From the human T2T-CHM13v2.0 reference genome, Homo sapiens, in assembly GCF_009914755.1 (NCBI RefSeq), contig NC_060942.1: a DNA stretch of 64,000 nucleotides; one strand, written 5' to 3'. Made by a program: the position numbers and the translations under genes. Within the stretch, counting starts at the first letter, position 1. The number at the start of each line of letters is the position of its first letter. The notes beneath the pieces are model-generated. The model worked only from the letters and a program-made list of their open reading frames with translations. It searched no databases and was not told the origin of the DNA. Positions 40,670 through 54,226 of the stretch are shown piece after piece.

Positions 40670-41230
40670 GGGTACTTTTCTTCTCTTATCTCTTTAGTTT
40701 TGTCTGTTAATTTCTCTATATTCTTTTAAGTATTTCTTCTTAATTTTTTTTTCATATTAGGCATATGTTAAAACTTCTAAGTTCTTGCTTGTCTTAACTT
40801 TTTTTTTCACATTTTTTCATCTTTTTTTCCCCCTATGGGAGATGAGTTGTCTTGTGGGATAATTCTTTGGCTCTGTCTTCTAGATTACTAATTTATTCTT
40901 CAGCTGTATCCTTTCTCCTGTTTAGACCAAATGTTGTTTTTCCTCATTTAAAAATTGTCTAAAAATTTCAGATCACCTTTAAAAAATTATTATTAACATG
41001 GTAGTCTATCTATTTTCAGACCCCTTTTAAAATCTCCTCTTCACTTTAATACTTATTTACTAAAGCATTCCTTATACTATTGGTTATATTTGCTGCTTCT
41101 CTTTCTTGGTCTTCATTTTCTTCAAATATTTAACACTTTGTGGTTGTGTACACATCTCCATGCTTGACATCTGATGGTATACAACTTGTGAGGTTATACT
41201 TGTTTTCAGCTACTTTTCTATAGGGATTGT
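40670..41230 (-). mobile_element. Very old L1M/HAL1-like fragment
   Basis: T-rich antisense LINE-like sequence (tcttctagattactaatttattcttcagctgtatc). Confidence 0.4.
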
Positions 41231-41899
41231 GGGAGATGGGTGCTGAGAGGGGTGTTTGCCTGTGCTGTGGGGATCCCCGTTCTTCCAGGGTCTTGGCAGC
41301 CTCCTGCAACAAACTTGCTGGGGCCTGCTGTGTGTACACACTGTATCAGGCTGGGTGTACCTCGTTAAGCACATAGGTGGTAAAATAAGTACCACGGTAA
41401 AATTATGGCTTAGGGCTCAGGGTAAAATTATAAAAAAGGAACAGATTACATCCCACTGTGGGCAATAAGAAACACTTTCTGCAGGATTCTGAGATGGGCC
41501 TGGAAGAATGGATGATATTTCAACAGGGGGTAATGAGGAAATGCAGTTTCGGTGTGGGCACCTGAACGGACAAAAGGACAGGTGTCATGGAAAACAGGTT
41601 CTGGGAAACCTGCATCACCTAATTCACTGGAGAGGGATAATAGTGATGCTATAAATAGCAAATGAAGTCAGTTGGGCTCTTATATGTGTTGAGCACCACC
41701 ATCCATCTGAATAGTTGCTTAAGCCAGAAACTGGGGAGTGGCCCCAGCTGCTTCTTCCTTCCCTTCATCCAGAAAGTTAGCAGTTCCTGGATTTTCCTCC
41801 TCTAGAATGTCCCTCAAACCTGTCCTCTTTTGTCTTTTCTCATGTCTGCCACACTTGTCTTAGTCATTAGCGAAATATCCACATTTTATACTTCTGTTT

Positions 41900-42466
41900 T
41901 GAAACTGACGGAATTGTCCCAGAAAACTGATGTTTATGGTTTCTTTTAAATAAGTACAGAAATTTACCCTCCCAGTCTTAAATCTTGAGAAAGTTACATT
42001 TATCTTATCTGAGTTCCTTTTTCAGGAAACCAATCATCAGTCCTCCCAGTCTTAAATCTTGAGAAAGTTACATTTATCTTATCTGAGTTCCTTTTTCAGG
42101 AAACCAACCATCAGTCCTCCCAGATAGTATCAAGGAACTGAAACTTTCCAGATCACAGCATCAGGACAGTGAGACACCACACCCCTCACCCAACATGATT
42201 GCCTAGCCCACCACCTACTGCCTGTTGGCTAACTCCTCTTCCTTACCCTTTCCTGGTCTTGTTTTCCCACATGTCATTACGTTTCTTTCCTGCTGTGTAA
42301 ATCCTTAATTTTAGTTGGCTTAGGAGATGGATTTGAGACTGATCTCCCATTCTCCTCTGCCGCAGTACCCGAATAAAGCCTGGCAATACTCTTTGTCCTA
42401 GTAATTGGCCTCCTGTGCGGCAGCAGTGACACCTATCTGTACCATACCTTTGACGCTTTGGGGGCA
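41900..42466 (+). mobile_element. ERV1 MER4-group solo LTR (LTR45-like; tentative) with a 74-bp internal duplication
   Basis: TGAAACTGAC…GGCA termini, near-TSD GTTT/GTTC, AATAAA at 42372, and an agatggatttgagactgatctcc motif. Confidence 0.75.
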
Positions 42467-42595
42467 GTTCTGTGAAGGCGGGAAAATTGATTGTGGAATA
42501 AAGTGATACATTTGGTTTGGGGCATGTTTCTATCTTATTAATAGTATATTTTTCCTCATAGAGATGTCTACTACACAGTTAGAAATAAAGGCCTA

Positions 42596-42785
42596 AGCTG
42601 GGCATCATTGCCCTTGCCTGCAATCCCAGCTACTAGGTAGGTTGAGGTGGAAAGATCGCTCGAGGCCAGGATTTTGAGACTGTAGTGTGCAATGAGCATG
42701 CCTGTGAATAGCCACTGCGCTCTAGCCGGGCAATAATAATATTAATATATAGATGCCCTGTCTTTAAAAAAATATAGAAAAGAAA
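42596..42785 (+). mobile_element. FAM (fossil Alu monomer, 7SL-derived)
   Basis: Monomer retaining the 7SL-like gcctgtgaatagccactgc segment, with an A-rich tail and 15-bp TSD AGAAATA(A/G)AGGCCTA (42581-42595, 42786-42800). Confidence 0.85.
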
Positions 42786-44027
42786 AGAAATAGAGGCCTA
42801 GTATTTGAGGGAAAGGTTATTGATAAAGCAGCACATTTTGAAGAGATTGTAGTTTAAAGTATGGGAATAGATTTAATATATGGACAGCAAATCAATAAAG
42901 AAAGGCAAAATGAGGTTCTACTACAAAATCAGTGCAACTCCTAAACATAAGGAAACGGCTGCCCTCATGTAGTGAACACAAGATCCACATTGTTTGAAGG
43001 ACATCAGCGTATGTTCTGTCCTCTCCCTTTGAAGAGAGTCTAATTTAACAGGTGTGATAAGACATCAGTAATGGTGACTAATGTATCACTGAGTGTCAAG
43101 TGAGTGATATGTGCCTTAGGTCCCAGTTTATATTCTGGAAGGTCTAATAGCTTTACCAAAGCCAAAGAATTCTGTGATAAAATAAGCTTGGCAGTTCCTT
43201 TACTCCAGGACTTGGTAAAGTTAACACATCTGATTATATACAATATTTTCCCCACCAAGTACTGGAAACTTGTGTTCTGCTGGTTAAGGACTATTTCTCT
43301 GTTGTGGTAATCCCTAGAAGCTAGAGTCTCAGAGTTCGTATGGCATAGACAGTTGGCATAGAGATCTTCCAATTAGTTTCTTCCAACTTTTCTCTTGCAT
43401 ATAACCTAGAAGAATTTTTAAACAATAATGTAAATAATATACTTCCCTCATATACTTGTAAATTGACATGCAAAGCTTTTAAGAATTGTAAGTTGCAAAA
43501 TAGGAATAAAGGATGTCATTTCTAATAAATTACAAATCTTGGCACTTAAAAATTAAGTGGTATAATTATTCTTCTAAAGATGTCATCTAGAATCTACATT
43601 CGTTAGTATTGTGAGGTCAATTTTTTTAATATTAAATCATGAACAAGTTCTTCTTTAACATTTAGAAATTTTACGTCATTCCTTTTTCTTGGAGTCATTT
43701 CATTCTACATCCTCCATTGAATTTACTTCTAATATCATGTGTTTGCTTCCTTAACACTTTTATAGCTCACCCTTTCATGTTTCTCTACATCTAAAATAAA
43801 CATATAAATTAAAGGAATACTTTACAAAAGTCTCATTACCATAAAGTTCTGTTGTAAAAGCAAATTCTTCTGGATTGAGTCATCATTACAATGATCAGTA
43901 ACACACAGTTGATCTGAACAACATAGATATACTCAGGGCGGATAAATAATAGTTAAGCATAATAACTGAAATTTCATTTGAAATGCATCTCTTTGAGAAG
44001 AAAACGTCTTTTATTTTTTCTAGTTAG

Positions 44028-44345
<318 letters not shown>

Positions 44346-45674
44346 TAGTTTATTTACCTATGAGTGATAATGATATATTGCTATAACGGGTATCAGTAGA
44401 TCATATTGATAATCCAGTGTAAACCTGACATTAAGGAAAGATACAGTGGTACCTCATAAAATATTTATGTATTATGTGTAATAAGTTGATAGAAATGTAA
44501 TATTAGATACCATTTGGGGTTATTATTGTACTACTCCTGCTCTTTTCTAGTAATTAACAGTTGGCCACTACAAACTTGCACTTGGATAAAATATAAAATG
44601 TGTTTTTTATAATTACAAAAGGGTTCCTAGCTTTATGAAAGATTTTAAATGATTCAATATGTGAAGTGATTTCTATGCTCTTTTTCTATCATATTATTCC
44701 ATGAAATAAGGCATTCTTGTACAGGGATGAACTTTGGCTGTTCTGTTTTGCTGTAACAGTATGATGGATAGCATTATCTCTGGTAGGATAATTGGGGTCA
44801 GATTGTAAAACTGGAGTTGCGTTTGCACCATGTGATTCTCAGAAGTCTTGGGATGTGCAGATCCAAGGCAGCCTGTCGTGTTCCTGTGTGCTGTCTTAGT
44901 CTGACTGCTGGTCTCCGCTTGGAGTAAGACTCCCGGAAGCTGGAAGGGAATGAGGCTACAGACCTCTCTATTTGAGCTTTGAAAGAAGAAAAAATGTTTC
45001 CGTCCAGAAAAGAAAGCTCCGCAAGGCAGATGGTACACAGGGAAGGTGGTGTCTGTCCTTAACCTCACACTCCCTGGGTCAGGGCAGCCTAGGGATTTTG
45101 CAAGTTATTCACTTCCCTCCTCCAGGGCAAAATTATTTCCCTTTTATCTTAGCCAACACCCTCTTTGGAGGAAGCTCTTCATTAGAGTTGTGTGGGAAAA
45201 ATGTCACTTAATTTCTAGGGAATATGATTTTATACAACAGCAGTCTCTCTTCTCTACTAATTTAGTTTTTTTTCCGACGAGTCTTGTATTGGAAAGTAGC
45301 TTAATAGTTAAGAAACTAGTATTAATTTCTTTGGTTAGGTCTAGGTATTATAGCCTCTCCATGAGAGCTTTAAAATGTATCTAACCATTCAGTTCCTTTA
45401 CTTCGTTCAGTCATTCACAAACAGTTTTGACTCCATCCTAGGGTAAGATTAATTCCTTCCTTCTTTGTGCCTCTTCCTACCAGGTACAGACTAACATCCT
45501 AGCTCCTGCAACACTCACTTGCTCCCTGCGTGCCTGGTGTCCTCCTACTGGACTCTGAGGTTGTATTCATCTATGTATCTACTCTAGAAGGTGGGATACA
45601 CAGTGAATTCTGAGAGAGGATAAAGAAAGAACTGCCCTAAGCACTTGGACAGTATTTAATCCTCTCTTTCTTTT

Positions 45675-45800
45675 AGTAGCTATGATATCTTGGGGCAGCT
45701 TTTGCTCCCCCAAAATGGAAGTAACAATAAGCCCTGCTCACAGAGTTGTGGTTGAAATTAAACATCAGTAAAACACTCTCTCTGCAGGTGTGAAATGCTT
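45675..45800 (+). mobile_element. MIR fragment
   Basis: agctatgatatcttgggg…aaaatggaagtaacaata…ctcacagagttgtggttgaaattaaa. Confidence 0.6.
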
Positions 45801-46180
45801 AATTCATATGAAGTGCCACTCTTAGTGTTACTGGTGGAGCAAATGCACAAATGAATGAGAGAGGATTTATTGATTCTGTGAGGCTTGTGAACACAGCTCC
45901 TGCTGTCCATGGAGGATTCATGTTCCAGTAGAGCTGGATACATACAATGCGTCGTGAGAGTACAGAAGGGTGGAGAGGATTATAGACAGAGCCCTAGAAA
46001 CCTCAGGTGTGAAAAGTGTAATTCTTTTTAAGGTTAGGCTTGAGGAAGCTTCCTGGGAGAGGTAAGGCCTGAGCAGTGATTTGAGGAAAGGGTATTATTC
46101 TTGTCTAGATGGTCAGTATGGTAAAGTACAGATAGTGGGCCTGAGAAATGTCCAGTGGTTTCTTACTTCTATGGTGTTAT

Positions 46181-46990
46181 TGATATGGAAGAGGGGCAGG
46201 GGAGTCCTGGGAGGAGAAGGTGGGCCCCTGGCTTGGGCTTCACCCCCAGGCCTGTGCCTATGGACATAGGTGAGGACAGGCACTCCTGCTTTTGTACCCA
46301 AATGTTGCATTTCCCAAGACCACCCTGGCCTGCCATGCCCCCTTCCTGTGCCTATAAAAACTATGAGACCCTAGCAGGTAGATACACAAGCTGCTGGATG
46401 TTGAGAGGAACACATTGGCGGAAGAAGATAGAAGCGGCTGGATGTTGAGGGGAGCACACTGGCAGAAGAAGATAGAAGCGGCTGGATGTTGAGGGGAGCA
46501 CACTGGCAGAAGAGCACACCGACAAAAGAGCACACTGACAGTTGTCATCAACCAGTGGAATGACGCAGAATTTGGCCAGGGCAGAGGAGAGCCCAGGCCA
46601 CTAAGTGGCTCAACTCTAGGGGAAAAGCATCTCCCTTCTGGCTCCCCCATCTGCTGAGAGCTACTTCCACTCAATAAAACCTCGTCCTCATTCTCCAAGC
46701 CCACAGGTGATCTGATTCTTCTAGTACACCAAGGCAAGAACCCTGGGATACAGAAAGCCCTCTGTCCTTGCAGTTAGGCAGGGCTCTAATGGAGCTGACT
46801 AACACAAGCTGCCTATGGACAGGGGCTTCAGCTGTAAACATTCATGCCTAGACACTGCTGTGGAGTCAGAACCCCACAGCCTGTCTGTCTGTATGCTCCC
46901 CTAGAGGTTTGAGCTGTGGGGCGCTGAAGAAGCAAGCCATACCACCATCGCATGTCCTAAGAGGGGGACAAGGGATCTCTTCTTGTTTCA
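46181..46990 (+). mobile_element. ERV1 solo LTR, LTR1 family (copy 2)
   Basis: TGATATGG…GTTTCA with flanks TTAT/TTTT, TATAAAA, and AATAAA at 46673. Has a 44-bp internal tandem duplication and an ~35-bp deletion relative to copy 1. Confidence 0.85.
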
Positions 46991-48569
46991 TTTTGAAGGG
47001 GAAGGGGCCTGGAGCGGGAAGCAGACCCCTCCATGAAGGACTTTTCCCCAAGAGGCAGCCAGGAGCCATTGAAGTGATACATAAAGTGGATGGTCTCATG
47101 TTAATTTGTGAAGTCACCAACCCCTGTTTGTGAAGTGCGTTGCTAATAAATACTTTTGCTTTATCTTAAGCTTGGGTGAAACTGTGCAGGATCTTCTGGG
47201 AAAGACATGGAGGGGTCTCTTACAAGACCTCTTGTTGTGCCTGCCTGTATCCAGCTTCCATATTAGCTATATCCACTCTTAGCCAGATGCCATACTCAAT
47301 GGCAGTGGGAAGCTTTGTCCTTGGAGCTGCCTGCCACAGGTACATCTACAGAGGTACATTAGTTCCTTGGCTGTGAGCTGCAAGGAGGGCCTGGCCGGGG
47401 ATTGGTGAGGGCCTGCTCTGCTCAGAGGGTCAATTAAATAACTAGGTTCAAGCTGCCCTAGCTCATTCCAGTCAACAGGCACCTCCAACTGAATAAAAGG
47501 TCATTATCCTAGAATGTGGCCTCTGCAAGTCTTCAGACAATAACCCCCAAATCCATTCACTTTACACAAACTTGCTTTACTTTTATTTTTTGTGTGATTC
47601 TTGAGGAGAGAACACTTAGAATCTGTTGGCAAGACACTGATTTTGACTGTAGAGGTAATTATGACAGACACCCTAGCAGCTTTATTGCTGGAAACTGGCC
47701 CCTTCGAGGCACCCCCAGTCAGAGTGTGTTCCCTGAAGAGCCTCGCCTCTTCAGTTCAGAAATGTTTCCCTGGAAGGTTCCAGGCCTCTTATGTTGCCAG
47801 GCTGATGATCCTCTGGGCACAGCCACCTCCCGTGGGTGACTTCCCCGGAAAGCACCACGGTGGCCTCGCCTCTCTTTGGCTTCTCTCATGGCAGCTGGGC
47901 CCTTTCCATTGATTCTTCACAGCACAGAGACCAAACTGCCATTTGCAGCCTGCCTTTGCCAGAGGCTTAGCTGCTGTGGAGGGAAGTGCGGCATGGAAAT
48001 AGAGCAGCAGGTCAAGGTCTACACATGAGCTCTTCTGCTGGCTCCCACCTGCCTCCCCCAGCCCTGGTCAGCTGCCCCCCAAGGACTGGGAGAGTTCCAC
48101 AAGTCAGCCTGCCTTGTGGAGCTACTGATTAGAGAAAGAGGAGGAAATTCTTCTGTAACCTGAATTCAAATCCCACCTCCTCATTCCCTCCTAGGAATGG
48201 TCTCAGTGTTAGTGGTGGAGAGAAAACCCATCTGGTAGAACTCACTCTCAGCCCCAGGACGTTGTTCTGGCTCTATGGCTTAGCAAGGCAATCCCATAAT
48301 AGTCTACCATGGACACTCTCCATAGTCTGGGTTCCTTTGAGTTAAACAACACCTTATTGGGTAGTATGTGAACAGTCTCATCCAAGGTGGGCTGTGCCAT
48401 GCAGGGACAGTTGCTTTTCAGTCCCTCTCCAGTTAGAATCTAGAGAAATATCACTGTGAAACAAGGAAAAGACATTCTTGTTGCCGAATGTGATAATGTG
48501 TTCTAGATGCCTATGTAAAGTAGCCCTTTTTTTACTCATAAGACAAATACTTAGAATTATGATGGAATA

Positions 48570-49125
48570 TGGTAGTTTCCTCTTATCCACAAGAGATACG
48601 TTCCAAGTCCCCTAGTGGATGCCTGAAACCACCGAGGCAAGTACCGAATCCTATATATACTATGTTTTTTTCCTATGCGTATATACCTATGATGATGTTT
48701 AATTTATAAATTGGGCACAGAAAGAGTTGAACAACAACAATAATAAAATAGAACAATTATAATAATTTGCCAGTATCACTAGTCTTGTGCTTTGGGGTCA
48801 TTATGAAGTAAAATAAGAGTTCCTTGAACACAAACACTGCAATACCCCAACAGTTGGCCTCATAACTGAGCTGGCTACTAAGTGATTTGTGGGCAGGGCA
48901 GGTGGTATCTACAGCATGGATCTACTGGTCAAAGGGATGGTTCCTATCCTGGGCAGGACAGAGTAACATAGAATGAGATTTCATCACACTGCTTAGAACA
49001 ATGCACAGCTTGAAACTTAGGAATTGTTTATTTCTGAAATTTGCCCCATGATATTTTTGGACCATATTTAATCATGGGTAACTGACACCATGGAAAACAA
49101 AGCAGCAGATGAGGGAGGACTACTA
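48570..49125. mobile_element. MER44B-like Tigger7-derived MITE
   Basis: TIR-like ends ggtagtttcctcttatccac / gcagatgagggaggactact with TA flanks. Internal gatacgttccaag…gtggatgcctgaaacc. Confidence 0.85.
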
Positions 49126-50029
49126 TATTGCCACATTATAAATATAGCTGCTTAAGATGTAACTCCAAATATAGTTCTACTTCCTTCCTTCGTCAAATAT
49201 TATTTTACATTTATATTTATTGACATCACCTTGCCCCTGATGTGTACTTTTAAACTATACTTTACCTCTCTCTGACGCTCAATACTTCTTGTCCCCCATC
49301 AAGTTTCACAGGAGGTGTGTGTATATCCAGAGCTATTGAAGCAAACTCTAAACTATCTCATCCACTTCAGAATGCCTGGCCTGGGCTATAATGTGGAAAT
49401 ATACTTACCTCCCCTTGTGATTTATTTGAGTCAAAACAATTTCTAGCTATAACATTTCCATTTATAGTGACTGAGAAAAAGGGGCAACATTAGTGATAGA
49501 ACTCATTCATTTGCATTTGACTTGAGAGTTTCTGTTCTGATTGGTACTTTCTATACTATGAACTTATGGACTGATATTTACAATTTCGCCAATAGATAGA
49601 GTCACCAGAGAATCTTGCATATAAAATGGGCACAGAATATTTGTAGGTTTAGTTTCATTGCTCAGGCTCTTTGATGTGTTCTGTGGGTGGGAGAGGAGTG
49701 TTATCTCCAGCTTGTTCTGCATTGTCATTTTTTAAGGCGAGCCAAGCATTCTCAAGTTGCTTTTGCTTTCATTACAACCCTTAGAATGAATTCTCTCAAG
49801 GCCTCTGCGGACCTTGAACTAAACCCACCTAAATAAATGGCCAAATTCTACTCTGCCTTCTTAGTTTTTGTCCCTGTCACCTGAAATGCTTAGCCTCTCA
49901 TGGCTTCCCTGGTGTCACACACTCATGAGCCTATTCTTGGCCGTCCTCTCTTGTTTTCACACTGCCTTTTGCACTTCCTTTCCTGCCGCAGCTGTGTGCT
50001 GTGGGCCAGGCTTGCTCTCCGGGGAACAT

Positions 50030-50191
50030 TTGTTGTATAGTCTCCGTGACATCCTGTGCAGTGTAGGATGTTCAGCAGCATTCCTGGCCTCTGCCCACTA
50101 GATGTACACCCCTCTTGGCACTCAGAAATGTGTCTAGACATTGCCACCTGTCCTCTGGGAGACAAGAGTCTCCCCTGGTTGAGAACCACTG
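50030..50191 (-). mobile_element. MER20 (hAT-Charlie)
   Basis: tgtaggatgttcagcagcattcctggcctctgcccactagatg…ccctggttgagaaccactg. Confidence 0.85.
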
Positions 50192-50530
50192 TCCTAATGT
50201 TTCTCGCATTTGTAGTATCCGTTCTACTCTTGTTGCCCTATTCAGGATTTAATATTCCATAGCCCCAGGATGCTTACAAAGCTTCCCCATGCAGAAACTC
50301 TCTTCCCTCCGCTCCCTGCAGAGACACAGAATAGAGCAAGCTGACACTGTGGTGTTTCCCTGGGTGAAAGGTTATTTGGAGACTTCACAAGTACAGACTA
50401 AGAAAACAGAACGATGGTATTGTGGGGACATGGGAAAGGGGAATGCCTGCATTTCACACGTTTAGTTCCACAAACAGAAGGATGCCCATGGACAGGGGTG
50501 CCCAGCAGGCAGATATAAATTTAGCCTTGG

Positions 50531-51044
50531 TGTGATCATTAAGTGTCAACTTGATTGGATTGAAGGATGCAAAGTATTGTTCCTGGGTGTGTCTGTGAGG
50601 GTGCTGCCAAAGGAGATTAACATTTGAGTCAGTGGACTGGGAAAGGCAGACCCACCCTCAGTCTGGGTGGGCACCATCTAATCAGCTGCCAGCGCTGCTT
50701 GAATAAAGCAGGCAAAAGAAGTTGGAAGGAGCAGACTTGCTGAGTCTTCCAGTCTTCATCTTTCTCCCGTGCTGGAAGCTTCCTGTCCTCGAACATCGAA
50801 CTCCAAGTTCTTTGGCTTTTGCACTCTTGAACTTAAACCAGTGATTTGCCAGGGGCCCTTGGGTCGGCTTCCCTGCTTTTGAGGTTTTGGGACTTGGACT
50901 GGCTTCCTTGCTCCTCAGCTTGCAGATGGCCTATTGTGGGACTTCACCTTGTGATCGTGTGAGTCAGTACTTCTTAATAAACTCCCCTTCATCTGTACAT
51001 CTATCCTACTAGTTCTGTCCCTCTAGAGAACCCTGACTAATATA
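50531..51044 (+). mobile_element. MLT2A (MLT2A2-like) HERV-L solo LTR
   Basis: gtgtcaacttgattggattgaaggatgc…agttctgtccctctagagaaccctgactaata, with a perfect 5-bp TSD CTTGG (50526-50530, 51045-51049). Confidence 0.92.
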
Positions 51045-51533
51045 CTTGGACAAAAGGGGCCCCAAGCCCCAACCTGCTCACTGGATGGATCTGTCTTTAT
51101 TGGCCCCTTGCACTGGCTGTACAAGAGCCAAAGGAGTGAGTGCCCCCTTGTCCTTCCCTCTCTAACGTGCATATCTTCCATCCCCACTCCTAGGCCACTT
51201 TCACTGTCATCTCACAGACAAATCCCTGGTCTTCATCCGGGCCTCATTGTGGTCTCCCTTTCTAGTACCCCGAAGGTCAGAGCACCATTGTTCTTGCCTG
51301 AGCATTACCTGGACTCTGTTATGAGTTAGTCCCACTTTCCTGTGCTGCATTTGGGACATCACTGTTCAGAGAAAGCCTCTAGAGGAAGTAGGATCTCCCA
51401 CTGTTCTGCGGGTGACATCAGTCAGGAGAGTGCGCACCAGTCATGGTGGGGACACATGAAACAACTCCGTGGGGTCTCAGGTGCACCAGGCAGCCCAAGA
51501 GCAGGTGGACGTGGTGATGTGGTTGGATTTTCC

Positions 51534-51552
51534 TGTGTGTGTGTGTGTGTGT
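51534..51552. repeat. Short (TG)n
   Basis: tgtgtgtgtgtgtgtgtgt. Confidence 0.8.
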
Positions 51553-52317
51553 TTTTTCCTCAGTAGCATTTTCTTTATTTGTAAGAAGAGATCTTTTAGC
51601 ATTTTATAAAATTACTTTTATTGCTCGTTTTTTCCCCTTGTAACTTGAAGGGTTTCCTTCTCCCTTCTTTTTCTATTTACTTATTTTTCCTATTAGTAAC
51701 TACTAGACTATTTCTATCAGCAAGGTACATTTTTAATATAGTTGTATTTTCTATTTTCCTGTCCAGTTACTAAGATTAAAAGCTTTGCTTTGCCCTTAAT
51801 AATGGAACAAAACACCATCCAAACTGTGGTTAAAACATGGTTTTCTTCTGGGATGTGGTAAAACGAGAAAGCCCTCATCATCCCAGCATGCTTTGCCTAA
51901 GCTGACTTACAACAGAATTGTGCCCTGGATGTCAGTGCATGAACTCTGGCCCCAGGGAGGCTCTCTGGGCAGGCAGCGCTACTCAACATGGTGTCAGCTG
52001 CTTGCTGGGGCTCCCAGGATGCATGGAACCTCTATTGTATTTTCCAGACTTAAGCTTCTCTTCATGGATTTACACCAAATGCTTAAACATGTCTGTCTGT
52101 TTTTAAGATTTGGAGATATTGGTTTTCTCTTAGTTCAACTAGCATCAAGGCTTGCTGCGTTTCATGTGCAGGGCCATCAGTGCTACTGGGACCAGCATTT
52201 CTGTCCAGCAATTAAAGGAGGAAATTCCCTAGGAAGAAGTGGCCGGGAGCCAGGAGGCTGAACTAAATAGCATTCCAAATTAGTTGCAATTGTCCGAAAG
52301 AGGAAATTGCTAAGGCC

Positions 52318-52555
52318 CTGGTTCCCAAACTGTGGGCCAAGGCTCCCTGGAGTACTGGAACAACTACACCATGTTGTAAGTGTTCACGTTTTCAAGGGAA
52401 ACACAGCTAGGTACCATGCAGAGGACTACTATGAGATTGCTTAGACTTCGCTATTTAATAAATGGAATGGATAGGTTGATTTTGCATAGGAGTACCATGA
52501 AAAAAATCACTGAAAGGTAAGAGCACTATGAACTGAGAAAGTTTGGCAACTTCTG
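52318..52555. mobile_element. Charlie4-family MITE (MER112-like)
   Basis: TIRs ctggttcccaaact / aaagtttggcaacttctg, with internal ttttcaagggaaacacagc. Confidence 0.7.
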
Positions 52556-52854
52556 CTCTAACGGTATAATGAAGGTTTTTGAAAAGCTGAGGATATAGCC
52601 AGGTGTTTGTGAGGGATGGAGGATAGGTATATAAAAGGATGTGAGGGAGGAGAAGACACAGGTTTGGAAGGTGGATAATTGGGCCAAAATGACTCTTAAT
52701 TTACAAGGAGTAGAGGTTGGCTGATCCCTGTGGTGCCATGGGCTGGCAGCTCATTATGTTATCCCTGACATACAAGCCCCGAGGCTCCCATCCCCTAGAA
52801 GTAAGCACCACCCTAAGCCCCTCAGACCAAGCGTTTGCCTCTGTTTTTACCTTG

Positions 52855-53070
52855 GCATTTATTCATTCATGAAATATATTTTCAGTATCACCTGCATGCT
52901 AGGAGCTAGGGAGATGGTAGTAAGCAGAACAGATGGAAATTCCTGACGTCTTGAAGCTTATGTTTTTCTAGAATAATATCGAATGGGACATAGTTGGTGT
53001 TTCCTGTGTGCCTGGCATTGTTCTAGAAGCTTTCCATATATTAACTCATTTAATCCTCACCATATTTATT
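52855..53070 (-). mobile_element. L2 3' end followed by a MIR fragment
   Basis: catttattcattcatgaaatatatt…, then tgtgcctggcattgttcta…attaactcatttaatcctcac. Confidence 0.6.
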
Positions 53071-53917
53071 CCATAAGGATAGATAGGATTGCCATTTACA
53101 TGTGTCTGGTGTTAACAGTGGCTCTCAGAGCACCTTGTTGCTTGTCCTCATTGGATGGCATCCCCGTCAACCTGATATTGGTCGAGAGCTCAGGTACAAT
53201 AGCAGCGTTCAGAACCTCTCTGTGTCACTGAGTGAGGCTCTGTTAGGTGGTGTGAGCCTGCTCTGTGTTACCTCGCAGAAAGCTACACGCTGCATATTGA
53301 CTAAGAAAACTTCTGTCCTAGCACATCTTCATCTCCATATGTGAGATTTATATTTCATAAAACTTATATATGATGAAGTATTTAAATTCAACAGAAGCTA
53401 CATTCACAAAATGGTAAGCCTTGCTTTGGGAATATCCCCTATTAACATGCCTTTCTAGGGCTTGCTCTTCCCGTACAGCAAGCTGAGTAGTACTGGCACT
53501 GCCACTCAAACAAGTTTCTGATCATAATGAAGAATGGCTGACTTATTAGTTGTGCTATCCTGGGATGTCAAGCATTGTTAAATTTGAAAATGTGAACTGG
53601 ACATAGAAAAATGGTTTATTTCATTTATCGTGTAGCTCAGTTGTTTCCTTGAAAAGCAGAAAGAAATTAAAGATGTTGAATATTTCATGGTTATAACAAA
53701 TGAAACTCCCATGAAATAAAAGAGTTCACATTGTTACTTTATTTTCCAATAATGAAAGTACCATTTGTTCATCATGGAAAATACCGAAATTTATCAAACA
53801 AAATAAAAGTAACTCCCATCATATTATCCAAAGAAAACAACTTTTTGTTGTGTTTCCTTTTACCCTTTTTCTGGGCATAGATAAGCTTCCATTTTTTTAA
53901 ATTAAAAACTTACTGTG

Positions 53918-54226
<309 letters not shown>

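Noticed and set aside
46258-46737. Longest ORF in the track (159 aa)
   Set aside because: It lies antisense within the LTR1, and its repeated peptides simply reflect the 44-bp tandem units.
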